A stretch of 64,000 nucleotides of DNA. It comes from a virus. Shown here piece after piece: positions 9,903-18,285 of this stretch (position 1 is its first letter; each line of letters starts with the position of its first letter). Where the stretch lies: IMG/VR virus record IMGVR_UViG_3300022200_000028; one strand, given 5' to 3'. The notes below the pieces were generated by a model, which was not told the DNA's origin, searched no databases, and saw nothing but the letters and a program-made list of their open reading frames with translations. A program made the position numbers and the translations under genes.

Positions 9903-10066
9903 ATGATTTTTGATTTTTGTTCTTCTTCGTTGATATTGCAAATAACTTTTTTATCTTTGTCATTAAAGTAGCAGTTATTATTTCTATAATAGATAGATTC
10001 TGCTATGTAAAAATCAATGTTAGATATAATGCTATATCTTTTCTTGAGTCTTGTCTCCAGGTCCAT
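9899..10066 (-). CDS. small hypothetical protein (55 aa)
   Basis: Manual translation MDLETRLKKRYSIISNIDFYIAESIYYRNNNCYFNDKDKKVICNINEEEQKSKII*; ATGA overlap with primase start. Confidence 0.5.
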   Translation of the reverse strand: MDLETRLKKRYSIISNIDFYIAESIYYRNNNCYFNDKDKKVICNINEEEQKSKII

Positions 10067-10733
10067 TTATTCTCCACTTTGGATTGATTAAATCACTATC
10101 TATTATAACAGAGTGAAGCTTTGAAGCCATGTTGTCTGCTATGTGAACTATAAAATCTAAATATGTAATTGGATATGTTTCTGGAACGGGTGACCAAGGA
10201 CCAAGATGACACCTAACCAATCTTAAAATTGACTGCACAACATCTTCTGAAACATATAAGGTAGAAGAATCTGTTTCTGAAGAAAACTTTTTATCGTGCA
10301 GTTGACATGCTGTTACAAATTTTCCAACTGTATAAGGATGCATTGGATCGTAACTGACGACATCTGAACCATGATTCTTTTTTCCCTTGCACAAATCGTG
10401 TATAAGAGCGGCAGCTATAACCACATCTCTTTCTTCAATGCTAAGATTATACGACTCGGATAAAATCAAAGCTATTCTTACCACTCTTTTAGTATGAAGA
10501 ACATTCCCGCCGGGACCGTGCTCATCTGCTGGATGGTATTTCCCGCTAAAGCTAGATGGTATATCCCAAAAATTTTCAGCTTTAATCAATAAAGATCTAA
10601 CAAATGATCTTATTGTATCGTCAGAAATACTTTTAATTTCGTCGAGTAGAGGAGCAAGTATTTTATCTTCTTCGCTAGAAATAGAATCCGACTTTTTATC
10701 TATTAGTAGATCATCTAGAATTGACTTTGGCAT
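10032..10733 (-). CDS. HD-domain phosphohydrolase-like protein
   Basis: LHTKRVVRIALILSE...AAALIHDLCKG: HD motif context. Confidence 0.75.
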   Translation of the reverse strand: MPKSILDDLLIDKKSDSISSEEDKILAPLLDEIKSISDDTIRSFVRSLLIKAENFWDIPSSFSGKYHPADEHGPGGNVLHTKRVVRIALILSESYNLSIEERDVVIAAALIHDLCKGKKNHGSDVVSYDPMHPYTVGKFVTACQLHDKKFSSETDSSTLYVSEDVVQSILRLVRCHLGPWSPVPETYPITYLDFIVHIADNMASKLHSVIIDSDLINPKWRINGPGDKTQEKI

Positions 10734-11510
10734 CTATTTTTCCTTCTTCCATCTTGAGCAGGGATCATTAAACGGACACTTTTTACAGTGCGGTATAAGC
10801 CCTCTTTTTGACATAAATATATCTGTTGAATCTATTTTATCACACCACTCATCAAACATCATTATATCATCCTCTGTTATATTGTATTCTGTAAACTTCA
10901 CATTTTGACTTAATATATCTATATACCCGTATTTAACTCTATCTATTTTATCTGGGTGTCTATTTTCAAAACCCTTTTTAAAACACGTAAAATCTATATT
11001 GTATAAATCTTTTTGACTCTTCTTGTAATTAAACAATATTTTTGTTACAAAAAATGTTTGATCTTTATAAAAAATAATATCAAAAGTATCTTTTATATTG
11101 CTTTGATTTTTTGTGGAAATATAATATTCTTCCGAAATAGCAATTGGTATAAGGTTTTCGTTTGAATACTCTTCATAAAATAATAAAAGTGAAGCCGCAG
11201 CTTTTGAAGTCAAGCTGGCCGTATTTCCATACACAGTTTCATGCTGCTCGGTTATTATATCGTAAGAAGTGGTGTCTTTAGGGAACCACATTTTTTCCCA
11301 TCTATTTAATATTGCAGAGTAGGATGGAATTACACCTGATTGCTTTTTGAACATAAAGAAATAAATAATATTTTTTATTGTATTTTCAAACTTTTCCGTA
11401 TGTATATCTCTAGAATAGATTTTTTCTGGCAGCTTTTCTAAGTGCCTATAGTCAAAGAGTCTTTCGCATATTTGAAAATCTTTTATTCCATCTACAGTAA
11501 AATTTAACAT
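10734..11510 (-). CDS. PD-(D/E)XK/Cas4-like nuclease homologue (divergent)
   Basis: N-terminal FQICERLFDYRHLEKLP and C-terminal CKKCPFNDPCSRWKK resemble Cas4-like Cys cluster layout. Confidence 0.45.
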   Translation of the reverse strand: MLNFTVDGIKDFQICERLFDYRHLEKLPEKIYSRDIHTEKFENTIKNIIYFFMFKKQSGVIPSYSAILNRWEKMWFPKDTTSYDIITEQHETVYGNTASLTSKAAASLLLFYEEYSNENLIPIAISEEYYISTKNQSNIKDTFDIIFYKDQTFFVTKILFNYKKSQKDLYNIDFTCFKKGFENRHPDKIDRVKYGYIDILSQNVKFTEYNITEDDIMMFDEWCDKIDSTDIFMSKRGLIPHCKKCPFNDPCSRWKKEK

Positions 11511-12976
11511 TAATGAAAGTCCTTATCGTTTAATAGGTCGTCTAGTAGAGAGGATGATCCTTCATAAGAATCATCTGTAACTGGCTCATAGTCTTCGTAT
11601 ATCTTTTTTGCGTCTACATATTTAACCAAAGGTGGATCATACAAAAACGCAGAGCCAGTAATTCTGTTTTTGGGTATTTGTAGTTGCATTATGTTTTCGT
11701 CTTCTGTCTCATCATCGGTGGCCAAACGCTTTTCTGTTAAGAATATTGTTACTGCACACTTTTGCTGAATGGTTAAAGAACCGCCTGTGTCTGATTGTTG
11801 AACAACTTCTCTTTTTTCCTTCATTCTATTCGCGTTTTCTTGGGCGGTTATTATTAAAACGCAATTCATATCTCTAGCAAGCTTTTCCAGTCTAACCATC
11901 ATTTCTTCAAACTCGCCCCATCTAGGCTTGCCCTTTCCAGCTCCTCTTGTAAACATTGACTGTATGGTATCTATGATGACTACGTCTGGCAGATTTGCAT
12001 TATGGCCTAATATATCTCTTAACCAAAACTCTAGATCTTCAAAATAAGGAGTGTCTGGGTCATGCCTAACCATTAGTCTGTCTCCCCAAAGAGAAAGCTT
12101 TTGCTTAAATGTATCTAAATACTTTTCTTTATCTGCATCTGACCACTTAGAATACTCTGCATAGACATTTTTGCCTATTATTTGGGTCATAAGTATTCTC
12201 TCCCAGTGCCCTATCGCTTCTTCAAAATTTACGTATAGAACTCTATAGCCAGTATCAAGCCAATGATTTGCCAGGCATTTGGCGAATGTACTTTTGCCTT
12301 TTCCAGATGCAGCTATGATTGCATGAACTGCTCCCCTAAAGAATCCGCCATTATCAGTATATCCCATGGCCCTATTTAGTGCTTTAAATTGCGTGGGTAG
12401 AAAGTTTGGTATGTCCAAAAGAGAATCTACTCTTGCAATTATGTCGTTACCTGTTGTAACTTTTTCTAATGGATCATATCTTATTTGATTTTCAAGCTCT
12501 CTGATCTCAGAAGTTAGAAGCTGGATTCTCTCAATATCTGACTCATCTTTTAGCCCCTTTTGGGTAAGTATTGACTGAAGTTCTTGCAGATAGTTTATCT
12601 GCTTTCGCTTTTTTGCCTTATGTTTGATCAGCTCAGTTATCGACTCTGGAGTAGATAATTCTAAGGAATTTAGAATCTCTAGCATAACATTTACTCCGGC
12701 GCTTCCGCCTAGAGCTTCGTGTATATTGGAATCAGATTCAAGCCATGACTTAAATGCTATTGGATCAACAATGCTTAGTTGAGTTGCATTTTTATATCCA
12801 AGAAGTGCTATATAAAATTCGTTTATGCCCTTTTCACCATGTATTGAGCCAACTATATTTTCTGGAAGATGCTCAGCAAAGTAATCTATTGCCCCTTCTT
12901 TTTTAAAGCAGAGAGCAAAAATTTGATACTCTAAAGGTATTTTGTCATTATTTATTTCGTTTATGTTTACTGACAT
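11510..12976 (-). CDS. DnaB-like replicative helicase
   Basis: GGGFFRGAVHAIIAASGKGKSTFAKCLANHWLDTGYRVLYVNFEE, LPDVVIIDTIQSM, LITAQEN...QQSDTGGSLTIQQKC. Confidence 0.85.
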   Translation of the reverse strand: MSVNINEINNDKIPLEYQIFALCFKKEGAIDYFAEHLPENIVGSIHGEKGINEFYIALLGYKNATQLSIVDPIAFKSWLESDSNIHEALGGSAGVNVMLEILNSLELSTPESITELIKHKAKKRKQINYLQELQSILTQKGLKDESDIERIQLLTSEIRELENQIRYDPLEKVTTGNDIIARVDSLLDIPNFLPTQFKALNRAMGYTDNGGFFRGAVHAIIAASGKGKSTFAKCLANHWLDTGYRVLYVNFEEAIGHWERILMTQIIGKNVYAEYSKWSDADKEKYLDTFKQKLSLWGDRLMVRHDPDTPYFEDLEFWLRDILGHNANLPDVVIIDTIQSMFTRGAGKGKPRWGEFEEMMVRLEKLARDMNCVLIITAQENANRMKEKREVVQQSDTGGSLTIQQKCAVTIFLTEKRLATDDETEDENIMQLQIPKNRITGSAFLYDPPLVKYVDAKKIYEDYEPVTDDSYEGSSSLLDDLLNDKDFH

Positions 12977-13598
12977 TTCTTTTTTCTTTGGCTAGTCTGT
13001 ATGCTTTTTTTCTGTATTCAGAGTTTTTCTTCTTAACCATTTTATACGCAGTTGTGTCTACAATGCTTTTTTTGCTCTTTTCTTTTGGTATAAATGGGCT
13101 AGTTCTTATCGCCTGCATCAATCGCTCGAAGACAGCTTCTTCAGTCAATTTATCGTTATATCTAAATACAACTAAAGCTATGCCGTTATCTTTGCACCAC
13201 TGAACTTTCTTTTCGTCTCTTTCTAAAGATTCTTCGAACTCATATTTTGAGTCAAAGAATCTTTGCGTATAAAAGAAATGCTGTCTGCCGTGATATTCAG
13301 CTGCTATTTGATATCTAGGGCAATAAACATCTAGCTTTAATCTATCTCCAATATGAAATTCATTAACAATTTTTTCTCCTGGCAATAGCTTTTTTAGTAT
13401 TAATGTTAGAGCTGTTTGACCCCTAGACATTTTTTTTCTGCTATCTTTTAGCCAAGATAAGCCTAATCTATTAATTTCTTTATTCAATTTATTGATAGGC
13501 CAATTAAGCTCTTTTGCTATTTCAGATAGTGGCATTGAAGTTTCGAACATCAAGTCCACCAAAAGAGCTAGATCATCTTGATCTTTATCTTCTTTCAT
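12948..13598 (-). CDS. HTH plus PD-(D/E)XK (VSR/DUF559-like) nuclease
   Basis: LKLDVYCPRYQIAAEYHGRQHFFYTQRFF...; start taken as MKEDKDQDD at 13598, inside the 3' end of the upstream gene. Confidence 0.65.
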   Translation of the reverse strand: MKEDKDQDDLALLVDLMFETSMPLSEIAKELNWPINKLNKEINRLGLSWLKDSRKKMSRGQTALTLILKKLLPGEKIVNEFHIGDRLKLDVYCPRYQIAAEYHGRQHFFYTQRFFDSKYEFEESLERDEKKVQWCKDNGIALVVFRYNDKLTEEAVFERLMQAIRTSPFIPKEKSKKSIVDTTAYKMVKKKNSEYRKKAYRLAKEKRNVSKHKRNK

Positions 13599-14229
13599 TC
13601 TTGACCACCGAACTATATTCTCTGGTAAAGTTAAGTGCTTTACCAAGATCTATAATTGACATGTCAAGATTTTCCCAAATTCTAGACGCCAAGGCTAGGC
13701 CTAAAGAGCTGCAGTCCAGCAAGCAGTATTGAGCCTTGCCGTTGTATTTAGCTATTTGATCATATGTTTCTTCAAATCTTTTATACAAAGTATGATATCC
13801 AACATTAACAATGTTGTATCTTATGCCAAGTATATTCGCTACTCTTTTTTGATCATGAAGAGAGACAACAACATTAGAAGTATTTTTAATAAAGAATTCA
13901 ACTATAGAATCAAACACCATTTTATTATTTTGGAGGTAGTATTCAAATAGATTAGGCGAATAATACTTATTGCTCTTTTTAAGGCCAATAGAAGAATGTT
14001 TATCTTCTTGTATTTCTAGCCCAAGATCATAAGAAACGCTTTTCATAATTCTTGGACCGCTTAAGTTTATTGACTTAAGTATTTCTTTTGATACTTCAGT
14101 GGGAAAAGACTTTTCGCTTTTTTTATTTAAACCTATAATTGAAGATTTTGATATATTAAGAAAAGCAAATTTTTCTTGATCACCCATCATTCTTGTTAAT
14201 TCGATTGCTGAGTTCTTCACTTCTTTCAT
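13585..14229 (-). CDS. hypothetical protein
   Basis: 214-aa ORF. Confidence 0.65.
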   Translation of the reverse strand: MKEVKNSAIELTRMMGDQEKFAFLNISKSSIIGLNKKSEKSFPTEVSKEILKSINLSGPRIMKSVSYDLGLEIQEDKHSSIGLKKSNKYYSPNLFEYYLQNNKMVFDSIVEFFIKNTSNVVVSLHDQKRVANILGIRYNIVNVGYHTLYKRFEETYDQIAKYNGKAQYCLLDCSSLGLALASRIWENLDMSIIDLGKALNFTREYSSVVKNERR

Positions 14230-14237
14230 TATAACCT

Positions 14238-14951
14238 CTATATTCCAAAGTTTCCCCAGTTTATTAAAACTGGATTTTCATCTAATATTGAATTGATATG
14301 ATTTATATTATGAAATTTGCCGCCGTCAAGAGCTGCATATCTTTCGTATTTTTTCTTTTTATCTTCGTCTAATATGTAGCCCAAGTGTTTCATTATTAAT
14401 CCTGAGTTAACCCAAAAGTTTCTCTGTCTTATCCAAGACGAAACATATGTTGGTTCTGAACCACACGCAAGGGCTTTATCCAAGAAAACGCCATCTGATA
14501 TAAATCTAAATATCCTAGAACTATTATTTGGAGCCCACAATTTATCGACTCTATATTGCGTAAAGTTCCACATGTGATAAAACCTAACGTTAACAACATC
14601 GTTTTCCGATCTTGATAAAATCGATTTGATATCAAAAGATGACTGATCATCTTTTCTATAGAGCATTTCATCGCAGTCTATAGCGATAATCCAATCTCCA
14701 GGCTTTGCGTGTTGTGAAAGATTGTTCCAGGCAATGGATCTAAGTTTACCCTCATGAACATTGAATGTAGGCTCACTTGTTTTGTATGCGTGACAAAAAT
14801 CAGAAGCTATTGAATAAGTGTTATCTTCTGAACAATCATCGGTAAAAACTATTTCATCTACTTGAGTTGAAAGTCTTTGAAGAACTTCTTTTAAGAATCT
14901 TTTTTCTTCATTTCTTCCAACCATCTGTGCAATTAATTTTGGGTTAGACAT
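14238..14951 (-). CDS. Glycosyltransferase family 2-like
   Basis: MSNPKLIAQMVGRNEEKRFLKEVLQRLSTQVDEIVFTDDCSEDNTYSIA...WIIAIDCDEMLY; start adjusted to 14951 because the track ORF extension runs through a hairpin. Confidence 0.75.
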   Translation of the reverse strand: MSNPKLIAQMVGRNEEKRFLKEVLQRLSTQVDEIVFTDDCSEDNTYSIASDFCHAYKTSEPTFNVHEGKLRSIAWNNLSQHAKPGDWIIAIDCDEMLYRKDDQSSFDIKSILSRSENDVVNVRFYHMWNFTQYRVDKLWAPNNSSRIFRFISDGVFLDKALACGSEPTYVSSWIRQRNFWVNSGLIMKHLGYILDEDKKKKYERYAALDGGKFHNINHINSILDENPVLINWGNFGI

Positions 14952-14971
14952 ATAAAACCTGATAATTAAAT

Positions 14972-14995
14972 GGCTGGCGGCACACGCCGCCAGCC
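14972..14995 (-). terminator. Strong GC hairpin just downstream of gene 15009..15203 (probable terminator)
   Basis: GGCTGGCGGC-ACAC-GCCGCCAGCC (10-bp stem) in an AT-rich intergenic gap; weak AT-rich tail ATTTAATTA in the minus orientation. Confidence 0.55.
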
Positions 14996-15008
14996 TGGTC
15001 AATAATAA

Positions 15009-15203
15009 TTAAGCTTCGACTTGCTTTCTAGCTTGTACTGCGGTTATTCTTTCGACTTCTACATCCTTAAAAAGGAGTTCTCCACGAACACCTGAAACCT
15101 TACGATTATTGCTACTAGCAATCTTCTGAGCCTCAGCTGCGGTTGGGGACTTCACAATTGAAGTTGTTGTCACAGTAAAATACTTGAATTTATTTTCAGC
15201 CAT
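15009..15203 (-). CDS. small conserved-domain protein
   Basis: MAENKFKYFTVTTTSIVKSPTAAEAQKIASSNNRKVSGVRGELLFKDVEVERITAVQARKQVEA; resembles the N-terminus of gene 40935..42191. Confidence 0.6.
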   Translation of the reverse strand: MAENKFKYFTVTTTSIVKSPTAAEAQKIASSNNRKVSGVRGELLFKDVEVERITAVQARKQVEA

Positions 15204-15270
15204 TATTTTTCCTTTTGAGTTAATTGATATGACAAAGTCTATTATACAGCTAAAAATGCTTGATGGCAAA

Positions 15271-15690
15271 CTATACTAATAATTTTTCTTCTACTGGCCA
15301 AAAGTACGGCATGTTGGGGTCTTCGTTAAAATGATGAGAATAGTATTCCCAATCTTTTCTTAGAAGATTAGATCTATGTGATTTATGTAGTCTTTCGTCG
15401 CCAAACCAAAAAGGCATTTTGGCTTCTATTAGGAGTGTTTCAAATGACATGTTGTTTTTGTAGCCTCTGTTTATCCATTCTTGAATTGTGTAGTTCTGGT
15501 ACATTTGAAGAGCTGCTTCGTAGCCTCTCCACATTTTTGTAACCGGATGATTTATCCATCCTTTTGTTTGAGTTCTTCCAAGTAGTATGTTTAATACCTG
15601 AAAAGTTTCTACTCGCTGCTTGCCGAGACGTTTATAGTCTAAAACTTCTACTGACTTTTTAAAATCTGGATAAGGCAAGAATGTTTGCAT
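15271..15690 (-). CDS. Pyrimidine dimer DNA glycosylase-like protein
   Basis: MQTFLPYPDFKKSVEVLDYKRLGKQRVETFQVLNILLG...HPVTKMWRGYEAAL typical family start. Confidence 0.8.
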   Translation of the reverse strand: MQTFLPYPDFKKSVEVLDYKRLGKQRVETFQVLNILLGRTQTKGWINHPVTKMWRGYEAALQMYQNYTIQEWINRGYKNNMSFETLLIEAKMPFWFGDERLHKSHRSNLLRKDWEYYSHHFNEDPNMPYFWPVEEKLLV

Positions 15691-16091
15691 TAGCTATCTT
15701 TCTTGAATTCCACCCAAGTTTTATCGCCTACACCATAGTATTCTCTGGCAAGGCCAGCAGCAACAATATCTGCGTTGAGACAGTTGCCACTTTCATCCCA
15801 AACTTTAGCTAAAACTCTACCGTATTTTTCATTCTTATCTAGAATTGTTTCAATTTTAACCCTATGATTTGCTCGAGTTAGCCACTGATCTGTGAATTCT
15901 TTTGCCGCCAAACCAAGCTTTTTTTCTTCTAGATCTCTAGTTCTACTTTCGGGGGTATTTACTCCGTATAGGCGAACTCTACCCTTTTTAAGGGTATCAA
16001 AACCAAGGTCAATAATGATATCAAAAGTATCTCCATCAACAACCTTTTTTACTTCTGCGTTATATATCCACGGGTTTAATTTATCTGTCAT
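15690..16091 (-). CDS. Staphylococcal nuclease-like thermonuclease
   Basis: VVDGDTFDIIIDLGF...RVRLYGVNTPES...GRVLAKVW...NADIVAAGLAREY. Confidence 0.9.
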   Translation of the reverse strand: MTDKLNPWIYNAEVKKVVDGDTFDIIIDLGFDTLKKGRVRLYGVNTPESRTRDLEEKKLGLAAKEFTDQWLTRANHRVKIETILDKNEKYGRVLAKVWDESGNCLNADIVAAGLAREYYGVGDKTWVEFKKDS

Positions 16092-16092
16092 G

Positions 16093-16914
16093 TTAATCTC
16101 TTTCTATTCCTATGTAATCGCAAGCTTTGCGAAATATTGATTGACTTACTTTAAACTGTGCATCGGCGTGGCTGTAGCCCTCTCCAGGCTTTGGAGAAGA
16201 AGCGTGCCAGCTATGACCAATAGAAACACTGCCATCATACACTACATTATAGCCTAGGTGACGAGCAAAGTACGAGCACCAAGTTTCTTCGTAGTAGTGA
16301 GGAGTCGGCAAGAATGCTCCTTTGGCGTCTGGGTATAGCTCTCTATATCTTTCATTGTTTGTCAGCGTATTCCAAACAGATCTTCTAATAAAATATGCCG
16401 ATCCAGACACGGTTACGCAATTGATTCTATCCTTGTAAAGAGAGTCTGTTGGATCTGGCTGCATCCAGCCCCTATGCTTTGGAGCTGTATTAGTTCCTAC
16501 GATACCAGCGTGCCTAATTAAGCCATATTCATCTCGTTGTTTTGGTCCAAGAATATGAATGTCTTTTTCTTGATTAAATATTTTACAAATCTTTGTTATA
16601 TCTTCATTTGTAAACCAAACATCAGCATTAAGTAATCCTATAACGCTATTAGAGCCAAAGGTTGCAAGTTTATTGCATGCCGCTGAGTAGCCAATGTTTT
16701 TGTTTAAACAAATTCTATCTATTAAATAGTCATCTTCTTTAGATCTAAAAAAATCTATCGTATCATCAGTTGAACCATTATCTGCTATATATAAATTCCA
16801 AAATTTTTCTGAATGCCCTCCAGTAATCAACTGATCATGAAGACTATCCAATAATCTTTCTAATAATGGTTTAGTATTGTAGTTGACAACACAAAGATCT
16901 ATCATATTTACCAT
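16093..16914 (-). CDS. Glycosyltransferase family 2 (rhamnosyltransferase-like)
   Basis: MIDLCVVNYNTKPLLERLLDSLHD...YIADNGSTDDTIDFF...VIGLLNADVWF. Confidence 0.85.
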   Translation of the reverse strand: MVNMIDLCVVNYNTKPLLERLLDSLHDQLITGGHSEKFWNLYIADNGSTDDTIDFFRSKEDDYLIDRICLNKNIGYSAACNKLATFGSNSVIGLLNADVWFTNEDITKICKIFNQEKDIHILGPKQRDEYGLIRHAGIVGTNTAPKHRGWMQPDPTDSLYKDRINCVTVSGSAYFIRRSVWNTLTNNERYRELYPDAKGAFLPTPHYYEETWCSYFARHLGYNVVYDGSVSIGHSWHASSPKPGEGYSHADAQFKVSQSIFRKACDYIGIERD

Positions 16915-17144
16915 TCATCATCATAATCATTTGAACTGCTGTTGTTGACATTTTCTATTGCTAAATTAATAGCTAAAATTACTCTATTAAATATTGCTTT
17001 ATCATCATTTGATACCTGACCCCTCAACATATTTGCATAGGTTTTTTGGATATGTATTAATATATCTAAATCTTCTATTAAAAATGATTGACCTGGTCCA
17101 AGTTTTATATTAACTTTCTTCTTTTGATTTGTCTTCTTGCTCAC
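16908..17144 (-). CDS. hypothetical protein
   Basis: 78-aa ORF in cluster. Confidence 0.5.
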   Translation of the reverse strand: MSKKTNQKKKVNIKLGPGQSFLIEDLDILIHIQKTYANMLRGQVSNDDKAIFNRVILAINLAIENVNNSSSNDYDDEW

Positions 17145-17382
17145 TATCTTTTTTCTTTCTTTTATTGCTTTTACTTTCTATATTATCAATATTGTTTGGA
17201 TCGACTTTATGAACGCATATATTTTTTGTATCTGGTTCAAATGTTATAAAAAATACGTGCTTATCTTCTTCCGACAAACCTTCTGGAGGAGCTGACTCTA
17301 TAGCTATTTTTTCGGACGATGATCCATATACCTGACTATGGTTATTGTAAACAACAATGTAGTTTAGTTTTGAAGCAGGCAT
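17110..17382 (-). CDS. hypothetical protein
   Basis: 90-aa ORF, MPASKLNYIVVYNNHSQVYGSS... Confidence 0.5.
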   Translation of the reverse strand: MPASKLNYIVVYNNHSQVYGSSSEKIAIESAPPEGLSEEDKHVFFITFEPDTKNICVHKVDPNNIDNIESKSNKRKKKDSEQEDKSKEES

Positions 17383-17384
17383 AA

Positions 17385-17558
17385 CTACCCTAAAAGAAAA
17401 AGTATACTCAAAGAAATTAAAAATCCAGAAAATATTGCTAAGTAGCTAGCTATTCTTCTTTGTTTTTTATCAGCCAATATCTGTGATAATGAATTTAGAT
17501 TTAATGACCAACTAAATAAAATCGTAAATATAGCTACAAAAAATATATTTTTAAGCAT
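17385..17558 (-). CDS. small predicted membrane protein (57 aa)
   Basis: Manual translation MLKNIFFVAIFTILFSWSLNLNSLSQILADKKQRRIASYLAIFSGFLISLSILFLLG*: two hydrophobic segments. Confidence 0.55.
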   Translation of the reverse strand: MLKNIFFVAIFTILFSWSLNLNSLSQILADKKQRRIASYLAIFSGFLISLSILFLLG

Positions 17559-18264
17559 TTCTGTTGACCAGGCAAGCGAGAGAAACTGGGAAGTGAGGAG
17601 TGATCAACTCTTCAACTGCTTTTGCATATTCAGTAATTTCCCACTGAGCATCGTGTGATAATCTTTGATTTAAGAACAAGGCTATTGACTGCAAACTAGA
17701 AGACCATCTGTATACAACATGCATTCCGTAGGCGGCTAGAAACAATCTAGCTTGCTCTGGAGCAACTCCATTGTCCATTGCCATTTTATATAGAGCTTCA
17801 CCCTGTTGGACGTACTTAGCCAGCTCTTCACTTAATACGGCTCCTGTCCATGGATCGATTGGTCCACCAGATCCCTGCTTCTTATCTTCAGGGGCTAGTC
17901 TCCACTTTTCTGAAGACGGTATATAAAACTCTGGCTCCATTGTTATGTATCTTCTTGATGACTCATTCCATGAGTCCATCGTGTGGTCAGATCCGACTAC
18001 ATACTTCCAGTGCTGTCTTGCGACAAAAAGAGGTGCTTTAAATTCGAATGTCGCAAAGGCGTGTCTAAAGGGAGACATGTGATTTTCTCTAGCAAGAAAG
18101 TTGATAAGCCTAGCATCACTAGTCGACATCTCTTTGCTTTCTTTTGCGAAAGAGGCTCTAGCTGCGTTGGCTACGGATAAGTCAGAACCCATCTTGTCGA
18201 CAAGTCTGACGTATCCGTTGCCCAGAACTACCTTTGTATCTTCTAACTCATTTACATTTTCCAT
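17551..18264 (-). CDS. thyX: Flavin-dependent thymidylate synthase
   Basis: FVARQHWKYVVGSDHTMDSWNESSRRYI (ThyX motif), LSHDAQWEITEYA. Confidence 0.92.
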   Translation of the reverse strand: MENVNELEDTKVVLGNGYVRLVDKMGSDLSVANAARASFAKESKEMSTSDARLINFLARENHMSPFRHAFATFEFKAPLFVARQHWKYVVGSDHTMDSWNESSRRYITMEPEFYIPSSEKWRLAPEDKKQGSGGPIDPWTGAVLSEELAKYVQQGEALYKMAMDNGVAPEQARLFLAAYGMHVVYRWSSSLQSIALFLNQRLSHDAQWEITEYAKAVEELITPHFPVSLACLVNRNA

Positions 18265-18285
18265 AAATTACATTATATCATGAAA

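Noticed and set aside
13599-13646. In-frame CGG (13608) in track ORF 12948..13646 as an ordinary Arg codon or another shift site
   Set aside because: This segment overlaps the 3' end of gene 13585..14229; the more likely start is MKEDKDQ at 13598, downstream of the CGG.
14952-15002. N-terminal extension MTRLAACAASHLIIRFY of track ORF 14238..15002
   Set aside because: It reads through the GC hairpin; the glycosyltransferase more naturally starts at MSNPKLIAQ (14951).
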